The notes beneath the pieces were generated by a model, which worked only from the letters and a program-made list of their open reading frames with translations, ran no database searches and had not been told where the DNA came from. DNA of 64,000 nt. Origin: Camelus ferus. Lineage: Eukaryota. Location of the stretch: contig NC_045696.1 of assembly GCF_009834535.1 (NCBI RefSeq), positions 32,118,001-32,182,000 on the forward strand, read 5' to 3'. Shown piece by piece: positions 50,301 to 64,000 of the stretch (the first letter of the stretch is position 1; every line of letters starts with the position of its first letter). Both the position numbers and the translations under genes were made by a program.

Positions 50301-52059
50301 TTGCCTTTGCTAACCTTGCTCCAGGAAGCAAATTTGTATCAATTGTTATGCATTCTGTTTCCAGTATGAGATAAAGTTGGACTAATATTGCTGCTGTCAT
50401 TCATTCTCCAAAGAGTGCTTTGTTTCATACCAGTGAGATTTAAGATTTTGAGATATTCTTTAGAGAAGAATATTGGAAGAGTACATGTTCTAAAAATGAA
50501 CCGTTTACCTGATTCTGACATAAGCTTTCTTTCTCTCTTTTTTTAATGTTTTTGCCCAAGAATGATCAAATGATCTACTTTTCCCATGTTATGATCATCT
50601 ATTTTTTCGTTGATAGGATTTTTTTTTTGCCTTGTGCTTTAGTGAAGATAAATGGAATCTTAAACAAAATAATAAGAGACTTTTCAGATATTTTATTGTG
50701 AACTATAATTTGTAATTGCTAAATAGAGCTATATATTTTCATAGGGTTTGTGATCAGAGCCAACATTTTTCTTAATCTTGCCTCTTTTTTTAAAAAAAAA
50801 ATTTGGTCTCACTTTGTTCATAAAGAAGAAGGACTATTGCTCTTTGAGACCAGTGAACAGCTTCCTACCTAAGGAAACTAGAGAAATGAAATTTTTTAGG
50901 GAATACTTAGGCATTATTGTGGCAGTAACATATGTTTGATTGCTCATTGGTCAGATTAGACCCATTATATAGTTTTATTTCTCCCTTTTCCTTGTTAGCT
51001 GTTTGAACAAAAGATGAGAACTGCTCTTCTAGCAAGGTGGAATACAAGTTCTACTGGTTTAATTGAGATTATTTTACTAGAATTTAACAGAGCAATATGT
51101 ACATTTCCTCTTCACCAGTGTGCCTCATGCATTGTATTTTACTGGATGGATGTGCTTTCAAAATAGTACTTTTATATCATATTTTCTATTATAGAACATA
51201 ATAAAAAAGATTAGAAAGGTTATTTTTATAGACATGGAGGTTTAAAATGAAGTTACAGTATGCAATAATAATTTTTTTATAGATAATGTTAATTTTCCTT
51301 TAATTTGCAAATTAGTAAACCTTTATCATGGAAATAAACTACAGTGATGGCTGTTATCTGAAGTATCCTTATCTGATATTTCTCTTTGAATAATTTACAT
51401 TTTAATTTGGAGATTTTAAATTTATTTCATACAGATCTAGTGAATGAAATCAAGTTGAAACTACATTTTATATGTTAAAAATACTATAATTTTAGTCTAT
51501 AAGCTAGAACATTTCATTTCAAAATATATTGGGTTGATATTCCTCAATTTAAAATTAATTAGCTTTTGATATCAAGATTTAACTACTAGTAATTAACAGT
51601 TTTTTTTTTAATATTTTTTTTCTTTCTGGTCCCTGGATTGTACTTGTAAAATAAATAGATTGAACAGAAAATCTCAACTGTACCTTCATGCCCTAAACTT
51701 CCTTGATTTATAGCAGTGCTTATAAACTGTATCAAGCTCATAATTAGCATTTACCTTCTGAAAGAATGATTTCAAAGCATTTGATGATCTAGCCTCTTTT
51801 TTTTTTGAAAAAATATTGTTGAATGATTGAAAATGTTGAATGATTAAAAAATGACCTTTTAGTTGTGCTGTTACTCATCCTTCTAATCACAAGCAGGTAA
51901 TGTGGGCCACAGAATGTGTATGTAATCCATTCTGCTCATCTTCACAAAGGAATTATTTGCCTGACAATCAACTTCGATTGTGTTTGCCACAGAAGCTGAT
52001 GCAGAACTTCACTTTCGTCCAGATTTGGTTTATATAAAAAAATACAAGAACATTTTCCT

Positions 52060-52420
52060 TAAACCACAACAATTTATTAAGAACCTACTCCCAAGCCACG
52101 AGCCATTCTAAAGACGAGGCAAATAAGCATTGAACACTACCAGTTATGTTTTCTCAAGCTGAGGCATCATTAGGTTGTGTATATGTGGATAGAGTGGGGC
52201 TGAGACTAGACAATAAACAAATACATGAACAAATAACAGGCTAAAATGCTACAATATGTCTTAAAAAAAACCAAAATTTTTAAAAACCTAAGGAGACATT
52301 AAGTAACTGGCAAGCTACCTCAGATAGTGTAATCTGGGAAGTAAGCTCTGAAGTGGTGGCCTTAAACATCACTTATTGAATGCTGGACAAGAGGATTGTC
52401 ATTGTCCCTGAAGCATAGCT
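52060..52420 (-). mobile_element. LINE-2 3' fragment
   Basis: AATTTATTAAGAACCTACTCCCAAGCCA...GAGACTAGACAATAAACAAATACATGAAC...AGCTCTGAAGTGGTGGCC. Confidence 0.65.
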
Positions 52421-52487
52421 GGGAGAGAAAGTCATCAGGTAAGGGCCGTCCTGAAGATTTTTTGGCTTCCTATTGATGATAGACTGT

Positions 52488-52645
52488 AGCAGTTGCTCCC
52501 AAAGCTGGCTGATCATTAGAGAAGTTGGGTGGAACAAAACTAATAGATGCCCTCTCCCACCCCAACTAGGAAGGGAACCCCAGGATCTGTATTTTTTAAA
52601 ATTACCAGTGTGATGTGATATGCAGCCATTTTGGGAGATTACTTG
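52488..52645. mobile_element. MER5-family (hAT-Charlie)
   Basis: CAGTTGCTCCCAAAGCTGGCTGATCATTAGA...CCCAGGATCTGTATTTTTAAAA...GATATGCAGCCATTTTGGGA. Confidence 0.65.
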
Positions 52646-52839
52646 CAGTTCAAACCTTTAAATGATGTTTTGCCTTTATAACCAGTCATCACCAATCTTT
52701 TCAGCCTCACCTCTTAAACACTATAAACCCCTTCCCTCCAGTACACATGCACAAAGTGATACACATGCCTCGATATGAATGTAACATTTCCAAGCTGTCA
52801 CATTCTCTTCTTTTTTTCTTTTTCCTATTGCTGTAAAGA

Positions 52840-53025
52840 TATTTTAATATCAGTTTTGTTGAGATTCAGTTCATGTCCCATGAAGTCCACACTTTAAAAT
52901 GTATGATTCGGTGAGTTTTATTCACACAATTGTGCAATTATTACCACTATGTAATATTAGAACATTTTCATTAACCCCCTAAGAAATTCTGTTCCCATTA
53001 CCTATTATACTTCACATTCTCTTCT
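52840..53025 (-). mobile_element. Old L1 (L1MB-like) 3' end
   Basis: CAGTTTTGTTGAGATTCAGTTCA...CACAATTGTGCAATTATTACCACTAT...AGAACATTTTCATTAACCCCCTAAGAAA. Confidence 0.75.
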
Positions 53026-56000
53026 GACTGGGTTGCACTCTCAGCTAAAAAATGTCTTCTAGTCTTCCTCTGCTGTGCTCTTCCACCTCAAACTACCTCA
53101 CTGGTCCTCTGGTGAAATCTCATTGTCCCTTCAAATTCCAGTTAATTGTTATCTCCTTTGTGATGTCTTATAGGGTGGCACTTCCAATTTCTCCTTAATA
53201 GTGTTCTCCCATCTGTTTCAATCAATGGGGTTTGGTGATCAGTCAAGGCACTATTACAAAATATTTTTTTTAAAGAATGATACAAAAATTCCATTAAAAT
53301 TTTAATTCATATTCTTACATCATCTGTTGTTCCACTAGATGGACTATTCCATAAACTCTGTGATATTCCATGAACTTTCCTAACTAACGTGGATTCACCT
53401 TGAGATTTATTCTATAGACTAAGCCATTCATTTTTACATTATTTCACACATGTCCTTTTTTTTGTATATCATATTTTCCCTTATCTCTCATTTCCTTGAG
53501 ATCTTGCAGTGCTGTGGGGAGATTTGATTTTTATTTCATAGTGCTATATTGGTATTATTTGCATTTTTAAGATAAGATATTAATCATTTAATCTAGGTTA
53601 GTATATAAATAAGATTAAGAAAATTGTTAGTTACCAACCCTCTACTCCCCTTTTAATTGATATACTGATTTTCATATATTTAAAATTTTATTCATGAATA
53701 GCTTGTATTTGCCTGAATTTTACTAACAGCATTTGCTATCTGAATTCTCATGATATTAAATATTTCATAAAAGTGTCACTGTTTTTAGGAAAGTATAACT
53801 AATATTATGGTGTTGCCTACAGTAGTTTCAAAGCAATGTGCACTTAATTGAATATGTGTGTGTGTTTGTTTGTATGTGCATTAAATATTCTGGGTCCAAA
53901 GAAATACTTTTCAAGGAGGAATGAAGTGTTGGCTTTTGATTATAATCTGAAGCATGCTTTCCTAACCTATTTATTATAGGAGTTTAACAGGGACATTTAT
54001 TTCACTTATGCTTGAAGTTTGTAGAATATATTCATGATTCTCTTTTTTATGAAAAGCATGTAAAGAGAGGGAGTTTCTTACTGGTTTTACCCAGAGAAGT
54101 AGGAACGGTGTGATATCTGGCAGCACTGTGGGGCCACTATATTTTATTTGTGGTCACTATTGTTAACCTCTGTGGAAACATCATTAAAGCCCAACCACAA
54201 GAGAGTTTCCTTTCTTTTTAATTCTGCAGTGTTGTCAATGGAGTTCCATTTTCATTTACCATCTCTTTCAGGTATTTGTGTCAAATAATTATTTTCCGTC
54301 TAGGTAAACCAGTTTTTGCATTGGGGACAGAATTAGTTTAAGCAGCCTTTTGTTTTTAAAATACTTATTTATATTGTTTCTTTATTAAGAAATTCAGTTA
54401 CTGTAATTTTCAATAGAGTGAGGAATAAATAAAATTTATGTGGGCTATCTTTGCACACTAGGCATTGTGACATGGTTAGGGACTATTTATTTAATCATTT
54501 ACCACCAAATGTCCCCCAAGAAGTGTGTATGTGTCTGTGTGTGTGTGTGTTTATTTTTCTTTTCTTTTTTTAGGGAGGTGGAGTGGAAGTAGGAGAGCAA
54601 ACTCTTAAAGGAAAAAATTATAAAAGCTCAAAGAAAATATTTTCATTTTTTTCCTAGATACTGTTTTTAGAGTATACTTTAGAGAATGGTTGTTATGGAT
54701 AGATATTGAGCAAGCCTTCCATTATAATATTTTCCTGGCAACTTTAACAATGGGAAAATTGGGGAATATCTATTTATACATTGATTTCCTCCCTAAACAA
54801 AACAAGACTAATACTCATCACTCTTTCTATCCATCAGTCAGTCTATCCCACCACACATTCATCTATTATCTCCCCAGCCAAGACTCAGGAAATGCACACT
54901 TAATGAACTGAAGGAGCTGGAAGAGGACAGCAGTAGTGGGACTGCATTCCAGACACACAAAGCTGGAACTCTGTAAGGACAGATCAGTCCATATTGCTTG
55001 GAAAGCTCTATTCATTAAGTTAGATCCCAAGGTTGAAATTTAAACTTTGAAACACAAAGTTAGGCTTAGAACACTGAAGAAATAAGAAATAATCCCAATA
55101 GCCCATTTAGGCAGAAAACACATTAGAATATTGCTCACTGAAGTTCCTCTGGCACTGTGTGTTCTGAGTCATGTCTATAAACTACACAATCCCTGATGTA
55201 ATGGTGGCTCAGGAAGCATTTGTATAAGTGTTCAGAGTAAAGTGATTATTGCCTCATCACGAATGTTTCAAATGTTTTCAGAATGTCTACAAGATACAGT
55301 ATACATGCTTCAATTAAGTTTTGTTCTTGTTTTTGTTAAGTAGCATTCGTTGAAAGATCTCTTCATATGGAGACTTTATCTTACTATACTACATCATTTT
55401 CTGAAGATTGTCCTGTGGTAATGAATTAGTCACTTTCATGTGAGCTAGACTCAAACCAGTGATTTGAAGTAATAGAATCTTTGTCTCATCAATCTCATGA
55501 ACCATTTAGTCTCCATTTCAAGAGAAGTTTTAAGTCTATTTCTAAATGTGTGTTCTATTTTTATATTATGCCAATCAAATATGCTCTCAAAGGAAAGCTG
55601 AGTGAATGGCTCAATTATGGCTGTCGATGCCTTTCCCCTCAATTTCAGGACCAGTGCTCCTGAATTACTGTGGGCAAAACTTGGATGATCCCCATGGGGA
55701 AGAATAATGGAAAAGAGAGAAGAAAAGATTTGATACTATAGATTTAGAATTCAGCATTTTGGCTTAAATCTTTGTTTCCGTGACTGTTGTTACGGAGTTA
55801 TATTCATTTGTGATTTGTCTACAATTTTAGGATATTGCATTTGTTTTATTTGTTCATTTAAAAAATCATTTCTGCCAAAAAATTCACTATTTTTTGCCAA
55901 AAAGCACAAAGATACTTTTGCATAATATACGTGTAATTATATAAATGTGATACAATAAAGCAACTCAAATTTTTTTTGTAACAAAGTCAGAACCCTCTTT

Positions 56001-57444
56001 TAAAGCACAAGTTAAACAAGGAATTTTTTTTTAGTTGTTTTAAGCTTTCTAGTAAAATCAAGTTTCCTTTGATGATCATTTTTAGGCAAGAGTTGGAAAA
56101 TCAGTCCTGAATTAGAATATTTGCTTTTATTTTTTGTCTTCACTATTTGTAATTTGCTCTGTATTTACCACCTATAAATAGAAAATAGTCTAAAGAAGTG
56201 GATATCAATCATAACGATGACAAGTTACAGTTCTGTAAAGCCTAGGCGTAAGAAGTATATGAATGTGTGAGCTACATATCATTTTTCTTAATGACTACAT
56301 ACGACCTAACCATTCAGACCATTTTGTTTTTTTGAGTGTGAATAGATCTGAATAAGCTGATGTGATTCTCCTAAACTTGATTATGACTGCTGTAACCTAG
56401 ACTGTGTTGTTATGTTTTTGCCACGACTTGGGTTTTTACCATCATCTATTTTTTTTTTTTTGGAAAATTTAATAATTGTATACATTTCTAATAACAGTAT
56501 TCTAGTGCACTCATATGCTAAGCATTGTCTTCTCTTCAATTGAAAAATTGACTTTCCATTTTAGACAAGCAGAACTTTTTAAAAAGTATTTTTTATTATA
56601 CATAAATGATAAGAGCGTGTTAAATACTGACATTTGACTATATTTAAAATTATACAGCCTATCTGATTTTATCTACTGGCACTCTTTTTTTTTCCTTCCC
56701 CAGCTAAGCAGTGCCCTTTATCTCAAAATGTGGTGATAGTGTGGGCTAAAATTACTGATTTTTCAACATATGCCCAAATGGTTGAATGTGAAATGTGAAC
56801 AAATTAGAGAAAATACATGTGGATTTCTCTTTTATTCATTTAACACAAATTTCCAAAATATGTAGCACCACTACATTTCATAAAAAATTTATTCTTATGG
56901 AAAAATTAGATTCCACTCCTCCAGATTATTCAGAGCCATGTTCTTAGAGCATTAAATAGGAAAAGTAGTTTCATCTGTTAATTTTTAAACACTTCAACCT
57001 AAGGAAAAACAAATTATAGATTACCATTTTGAGGGTCTCAGTTTTCAAATTAAAATTTATTTCTATATGAGTAGGAAACAGTCTTTTTCACTATAACCTG
57101 AGCTATAAAATGAAATAAGGTTAAGTAAAAAAAGAAATGAAGTGTTACTTCCTGCAACTTAAAGCAAATGCCTAAGACTAGTACTCCCAAGGTGTGGTTT
57201 AGAAAGGAAATGTAATTTAATTCAAAATGTCTTGAATAGATGTATGAACCACAGCATCATAAATGGTTCTTAAAAGAGGCTAAAGTAGAATTGTACTTTA
57301 AAGCTGACATCTATCTGGAAGTTCGCCAGCAATTCTTAGGCTAAATAAACCTGCATCTGAATTAACTTGACAATTTCCTTCTTGTAAGTTTTCAGAAAAA
57401 AATAATATTTTTTATTTTTGATAGACTCTGAAATTTATAAGAGC

Positions 57445-57710
57445 ACCATAGTGTAATAGTTAATAACATGCATCCTCAGAGTCATAGAATCTTGATTCTA
57501 ATCCTCACCATTTTACTTAATAGACACATGATTTTCAGCAAACTGCTTAAGAGCTCTGTGCCTTGGTGTCTCTATGGGTAAATAAAATGGAGATACCTTT
57601 ATTGTCAACCTCATAAGGTTATTATTTGTTAGTATTTTTAAAATGTTTTCAGTGTCTTGTACAGTGACTAGCACAGAGGAAGCTCTCTATAATCAATGTT
57701 AAATAATTAA
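57445..57710 (+). mobile_element. Near full-length MIR
   Basis: CATAGTGTAATAGTTAATAACATG...CTCTGTGCCTTGGTGTCTC...AAAATGGAGATA...ACCTCATAAGGTT...ACAGTGACTAGCACAGAGGAAGCTCTC. Confidence 0.75.
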
Positions 57711-59731
57711 TAAATATTAAAATACTTTGTTAATGTCTTTGCTTACAAAATAGAAAATACATGCATTGGTATAAAGCTCTAAAAATATGTATGACGGGGA
57801 GAGGAGAAGGAAAAAAGGTAGGAAAGATGGATGGACAGATGAGAGGGGAGGGAGTGGGGGGGCAGGAGAAGAGTGTGGGAGGGAGGTGAAGTCAAGAAAG
57901 AGATTTTCCTGAGGTACAGATGTCAAGTTCTTATAAAACATAGTGGAGAAGGCATGTTACTTTTTGTGTTACAAAATTTCTTAGAGTCAGTTTTGCCCAT
58001 GACAAAGGAATGGGAAACCTAAGTAGTAACTTTTCAGCAGTGTTCCCAAATTTTGTCAGGATTCCTATATTCAATTCTCTATGCTCTTGAAAAATATAAC
58101 CTCAAGGATCCTTTAAAATATTTTCAATAGATTGCCTTATAGGTGGTCTTCAGTTATTTCATTGTAAATATCAAATCATGTGTACATTTGTTTTTAAGGT
58201 CTTTGAATGATGACTATGTATTTTTTTTAAGGGGATGGATAGATAATTAAGTCCAAGTAACCAATAAAATTGTAAAAGCACATGTAAATTAAGCCTAGAT
58301 TCTAAGTTTAACTCAAAATAAAAGGAGCAGAATCCAACTTTCTTATGTTATGTATTGTACATAATTCTTTGTAAAAGTTGTTGATATATGACCATTTTTC
58401 TAGGACAAAGAGAGATGTTTAATTAGAAACCATAGTTCTGTCAGTAAGGTCATTCTCCAGTTATATATATTTTTATAACCATAGTCAGGGAGCATAGAGT
58501 TAGATTTTCTTCTATATCATAACAATATTATGTAAATATGTATTAAATAAAATAATATATTATACCAAAGTTAGTTTTCATGGTACTATCTTTAAACAAA
58601 AATATATTGCAATCTATAAGTAAATTATGACCCAAATTGGATAAGCTTTAACTTATTTTTACCCCTGGTTATTTTCAAATAATCTTAATTAATGATTATT
58701 ATGAAAAAAATTAAAATAACTTTTCTCATGTATTATGGAGGAATATTAAATGTAAACCTATCCTTACACAGCTGTCAGTCTTTCTCCCTGAAAACTGAAC
58801 AATTTATAATCCCAAAAGGACATATCTTTGAAAGATTAATCTATTTTGTGTCCTTTAGTTTGCTAATAGCTTCCACTTATTAAATATTCCCTGATGAGAA
58901 ATTGCTGCTTTTACCATCCAGTCTCCTATTTTAAAAACCCTACTTCACAGGTATTAGGAGAGATGTAAGTGAAAAATAAGCCTAGTGAATGGCTGTTCAA
59001 TTAGTGTGTAAAACCTTTTTAAGTGCCATTTCAAAAAGTCAGACTATAGTACTTCATAGAACTTAGAGGAGTTCATGTGCTAAAGAATTACTTATAATGA
59101 TTTAATTCATTCATTTTATGGATTACAATTTCCGTTCTATTGATGCACAATGGTTTTATGTGTTTAACTCCCATTAATAGTGATGGTAGTTTTGTGCATA
59201 AAACAGAAATACACTTAAAAGAAATAGTCTCTTTTCCTAACTTTTAACTACATACCCCTTTCTTTTCTAGACCTATGTAAAATTTTGAATTTAGGCAGAA
59301 ATTTAGGAGTTCCATGATAAGGGTATTTAAATTATTGACAGATTTACTTTAGAGGGATCTTTCTATCATTTAAAATCTTAGAATGATTGCCTTACAACTA
59401 CAGAGGGTTTTTCTTTTTCCTGAATATGATTATTTGGGGTTAATCTTGCATGTTGCTTATTGAATCATCACAGGATATGGGAACCTTAAAAAAAAAAAAC
59501 CTTGAAAATTAATTGATGATTATTAGATTGTTATAGATCATTGAAAGCTTAAAAACTATACGTTTCCCTTGGTTAAACATTTAAAAGAAGATTTTTTTCC
59601 AGTTTTTGTTGACTTTATCCAACTTCTTAATTCCATTGTGGCTTTAGTGTAGAGAATATTTAAGGCACTTGCAGTAGGGTGTCCAAAATAATTTCTTTGA
59701 CTCATTGATTGCAAAAGCAAAATGTATGGAC

Positions 59732-60480
59732 TTTTTTCCTCAATTAAGTAATTTTTTAATTGAGGTGTAACTGACATACAACATTATATTAGGTTCAGGT
59801 GTACAACATAATGATTTGGTATTTGTATATATTGTGTAATGATCACCACATAAATCTAGTTAACATCCATCACCATACATAGTTAAAGAATTTTTTTTTC
59901 TTGTGCGGGAAACTTTTAAGATCTACTCTCTTGAAACTTTCAAATATGTAATTATATTCACCATGTCATACATTACATTCCCGTGACTTATTTTATTGCT
60001 GGAAGTTTGTACCTTTTGACTCCCTTCACCTATTTTATCCACCCCAATCCCCACTCCCTACCTTTGGCAACTACCAATCTAGTTTCTGTATCTACTCTAT
60101 GAGCTTTTCTTTCTTTTCTTTTTTTAAGATTCCACATATAAGTGAGATCATATGCTATTTCCCTCTTTCTTTCTAACTTATTTCATTTGGCATAATGCCT
60201 TCAGGGTCCATCCATGTTGTCATAAGTGGCAAGCTCTCATTCTTCTTTATGGCTGAATAATATTCCATTGTGTATGAGTGTGTGTACACACACACACACA
60301 CACACACACCCACATTTTCTATATCCATTCATCTTTTGTGGGACAGCTAGGTTATTTCCATGTCTTGACTATTGTAAATAACGCTGCAGTGAACAAGGGG
60401 GTGCATATACCATTTCAAATTAGTGTTTTTCTTTTTTCTTATAAATACCAACAAGTGGAATTGATAGATCATGTGGTAGT
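59732..60480 (-). mobile_element. 5'-truncated L1 (L1MA9-like 3' UTR and ORF2 C-terminus)
   Basis: GATTCCACATATAAGTGAGATCATATGC...TTCTTTATGGCTGAATAATATTCCATTGTGTA...GACTATTGTAAATAACGCTGCAGTGAACA. TSD core TGTATGGAC (59723-59731 / 60481-60489). Internal (CA)n at about 60286-60309. Confidence 0.93.
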
Positions 60481-60859
60481 TGTATGGACATTTTTTATGA
60501 GTTACCTGATGTATCAGTTGGGAATTAGCATAAAGACTTGAAGGTACTCTGAGTTTCATTTCTAGAGATAGTGGACACAACTTGCTAGTGTTGTCCAAAT
60601 CTAAGAAAAGTTAGAATGAGATAATATACAGCATTTATGTGGGCTGTCCTTTTCTTTCATGATTAGATGAACTTATAAAAATGAATAATAAGTAATATAA
60701 TTGGAAAGAAAGATAAATCACTTGTCTAATCAACCAAATTATGCCTTATCTGTGTTGCAATATGCATAAAGTATGAATCTATCTAAATATTAATTTACAG
60801 GAGGAATGTAAATGGCAGCTATAATTAAATAATTGATTAAAAAGTGGAACTAAAATACA

Positions 60860-62045
60860 GTTCTTATTACTCTCTTGCTGAAAACCTCTGATGGATCCCC
60901 ATTTCACTTAAAGCAAAAGCCAATCTCCTTATACTGGCCTATTGTACTTTCAGTAGAATTATAAAAAGTAAAATTCAATAGAATATAAGAAATATAAGTA
61001 ATTGTACACTTTGTAGTAGTTACATTAATAGGCAGCTAAAATTATGCTTATATAATATTTTATATGATTTGGTTTATATTTTATTTAAACCAGTATATCT
61101 AAAGTGCCAATTCAATAAATAATTAATACTGAAAATTATTAATTAGCTATTTTCCACCTTTATACTCATCTTTGAAAATCCAGTGGATATTTTACACCTC
61201 ATCTCCTCTCAGTCTGGACACTAAATTTTACACAGGGATACACGTTACTTGGACTTCATAAAATTTACAATTGAAAAGTAGATTCACATACTCAAGATGT
61301 TTAAATATACTTAAAAATTTTCCAATAACTGAATTAACTGCCAAAATAAATTCCTTGTCATATCTGCATCCACACTGAATGCTTCAGTTTTAAAAGATAA
61401 TTTATAAATTTATATATAAATTATAAAATTATAAATTAATTAAAATTATGTAAAATTAAAAATTTAATTTCTAAGTTGCATCAGGAACATTTCAAGTGCT
61501 CAGTGGCGATGTGTGGCTAGTGGTAACCAAATTGCATAATGTAGCTTTATTTAATACAGCTCTGGTTTTCACTCTGACCTTGCTTTCTACTATTCTCTTC
61601 CCCACTTCTCTCCAGCCACATCAGCTGCCTTCCTCTCCCTTAAACTCTGACATTCTCTCCTAGCTTGGGTCCTTTGCACTGTTTCCTCTGACTACAATGC
61701 TTCTCCTCCAGATATTGACATAGCCAACTCCCAGAACTCCTTCAAACCTTTGCTCAAATCTCAGTTTCTCAGTGGAATTTACCCTGACCCTGCTATTGAA
61801 AAATCACTTCTCTCACTCTACATTTATCCTGCTTTCATTCTTTTCTCCTTGAAACTTCTCTCTTGCTAACATCCTAAGTGATTTACTCTTATTTAAAATG
61901 TTGATTATGTTCTTTCTCCCTTGAATAGGATATAAGTTTCAAGATGATACGAATATTTTATCCCTCTTCCTTAATGACATATACCAAGCAGGTAGAGCAG
62001 TGTTTGGCACATAATTGGCATTCAGTAAGTCTTTGCTGAATTAAT
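60860..62045 (+). mobile_element. LINE-2 (L2a-like) 3' region, split by a Charlie insertion
   Basis: CTCTTGCTGAAAACCTCTGATGGATCCCCATTTCACTTAAAGCAAAAGCCAA...CTCTCCAGCCACA...GGTCCTTTGCACT...AGAGCAGTGTTTGGCACATAATTGGCATTCAGTAAG. Confidence 0.8.
60940..61545. mobile_element. Charlie1/MER33-like hAT relic
   Basis: CTTTGAAAATCCAGTGGATATTTTACAC...CATTTCAAGTGCTCAGTGGCGATGTGTGGCTAGTGGTAACCAAATTG is the Charlie1/MER3/MER33 terminus. Confidence 0.75.
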
Positions 62046-62164
62046 AATTAAATAGTTTCCTACAGTTTGGGTTTGCAAACTGAGGGGCAGTTAATGGACC
62101 CTACTTTGTGATATTCTGTTTAAGCATCCAACTTTCTCCTGTACTAAATGTCCCCTGGGAAAAG

Positions 62165-62330
62165 GATAGGGTCAGCGAGCACTAGACAGAGAGCCAGGGG
62201 ACCTAATTTCAGCTCTCATCTCTGTTGCTATGTATCCTTAGGTAAGCCAAGTCACAATTCCCGGACTGAGATTTTTCTCCTCTATATTATGAGGAAAATG
62301 GAACCAGCATTGTAGAATTTCCTTCCATCT
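62165..62330 (+). mobile_element. MIR/MIR3 fragment
   Basis: GAGCACTAGACAGAGAGCCAGGGGACCTAATTTC...TATGTATCCTTAGGTAAGCCA. Confidence 0.6.
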
Positions 62331-64000
62331 CCTTCCATTTCTAGAAATCCTACTTACAGCTATTCCTCTCTAACAACTATTCCAAAAATTTTTGAATAAA
62401 TCCATCCACTGGGAGCAAAATGCAATTTAGCATAGCTCAGTTAGCAATCTGATGCTGTACGTATGTACAAGTCTCTGCACTCCAGAGAGTATGGTAAAAG
62501 CAGAGCCAATAATGGGAAAACAGTGAACAAATAAATGAGAGGAAATGGACATGGCCAATATTGGAGACAATGAATAGGGAACTTATGATGGTGAAGAACT
62601 CGTATTGAGAGACATAGGTATAAAATTCACTAAAATAAGTTTAATTTAGTGATCAGGTTCAAGCAATTTTTTTTTAACATCATAAGGGGCTATAAAACAT
62701 AATTTGAAACAATAGAAGTTTAGCAAAGCCTGGAAATGGTATAACTTGCTACATGTAGACTTTTCTTCTCTAAATAATTGAGTTCTGTATGCCAGGGAAA
62801 ATGTGAAAATAAATAACTCACTGCAGCTAGGGAGCATTTAGTTAAGAAGGGCATACTTGAAATGATAATATAGAAAGTGGAAATTTCTTTATGAGACCTA
62901 CAAATTTTAATAGGATTCCAGAGGTGAGGAGAAATTATTTGTGACAGAAAAGATGAACTTCGTTGGGGGGACATTATCAGAGCATTTTAACTTGTATCTG
63001 TTACATTTACTTAATATTCCCACTTTGCCTTGTTCCTGTTGTGGTTTTATTATCTCTCTGATATGGTAGTAAATATAAGATGTATAAAAGTTTTGTAGTG
63101 AGAAACTAGAACCAGTTTCCAATTTTATATTTGTTTATACATATATATGTATATATGTATATATGTACTATATATAATTATGTTTTATATACATTCAATT
63201 ATAATTTTCACTCATAATATAGTATAAACTATGAAAGAAAAAGTAATGAAAAGTGATCTCTCTCATCTTAAAGTGATAGTTCAATGCTTGAAAAGACAAT
63301 GGAGGAAAATAGTGTTGATTGATTAAATCAAATTTAATGATTTTTAAAGTGCTTGTTGTTATAAAGCCAAAGTTATTACTGATATTTTAAATTGTTTTAG
63401 GGATGGACAATGATCTTACTAAAATAGTATTTCCATTAATACTACTGAAAACTAATCAAAACTGAAGTGCCATTTTAATAATTAATATCAATTATATTGC
63501 TAGCTATATTCATTAGGTTAAGTCTCTTCAAAGAGTTGTAGGTTTCTACTTTAGGATAAAAATAACCAGGAAATAAGTCAGTTTGATATTTCTTAAATAC
63601 TAAGACTCTCAGATCTGTCTTCTCTCTGTGAGGCAGGTAAGGACTTGAGAAAAAAAAAGTTTCTAAGATATAATATTGTCAAGGTAATTGTGTGTTTGTT
63701 GATGTTATTATGTTTGCTGTTGTTCTTTTCATTCTGGGTTTTAATTTTTTTAATGGGCACAATTTTTAACATGATTCATATTCCTTATGGAAAACAATTA
63801 GATGAGTTCCTTTTAATGTAAAACTAACATCACTTAACCAAATGTTATTCATCCACAATAAAGTGTACTTAAAATCAGGTATTTAAAGCCATGTTGGAAA
63901 TGAATCTTATTTACCAGAAGTAGTCATTATTTCTTGGGGAAAATGTCATATTAAAGCATAACAAACTTATTCTCTCAAAATTTAACTCAAGTATTGAATT

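Noticed and set aside
57795..57900. G/A-rich tract with G-quadruplex or triplex potential
   Set aside because: Common low-complexity sequence with no associated feature.
1002..63122. Remaining 60-110 aa ORFs in the track
   Set aside because: Short, compositionally biased, often inside repeats or starting at non-ATG codons, with no recognisable domain or consistent exon chain.

Overview
AT-rich mammalian non-coding DNA (intron of a large gene or intergenic). It is very probably camelid, because two tRNA-Ala-derived SINEs match the camelid vic-1 family and the L1 3' ends are of cetartiodactyl type. I found no credible protein-coding gene, RNA gene or CRISPR array: the ORFs in the track are chance ORFs or transposon relics. 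Interspersed repeats are abundant (L1, L2, MIR, MaLR/ERV solo LTRs, hAT and Tigger DNA-transposon relics), several of them nested or still carrying target-site duplications (TSDs). The most notable items are: (i) a young, CpG-rich 325-bp solo LTR (42261-42585) with an exact 5-bp TSD and 39-bp U3 repeats carrying NRF1-like motifs; (ii) a candidate 104-nt minus-strand exon with strong splice signals (22975-23078); (iii) a repeat-poor, motif-dense enhancer-like block at about 27.7-30.2 kb; (iv) an ultra-short L1 insertion. I cannot name the host gene and see no firm evidence of a new biological system. Repeat family names are from recall of consensus sequences, and boundaries of old repeats are approximate.
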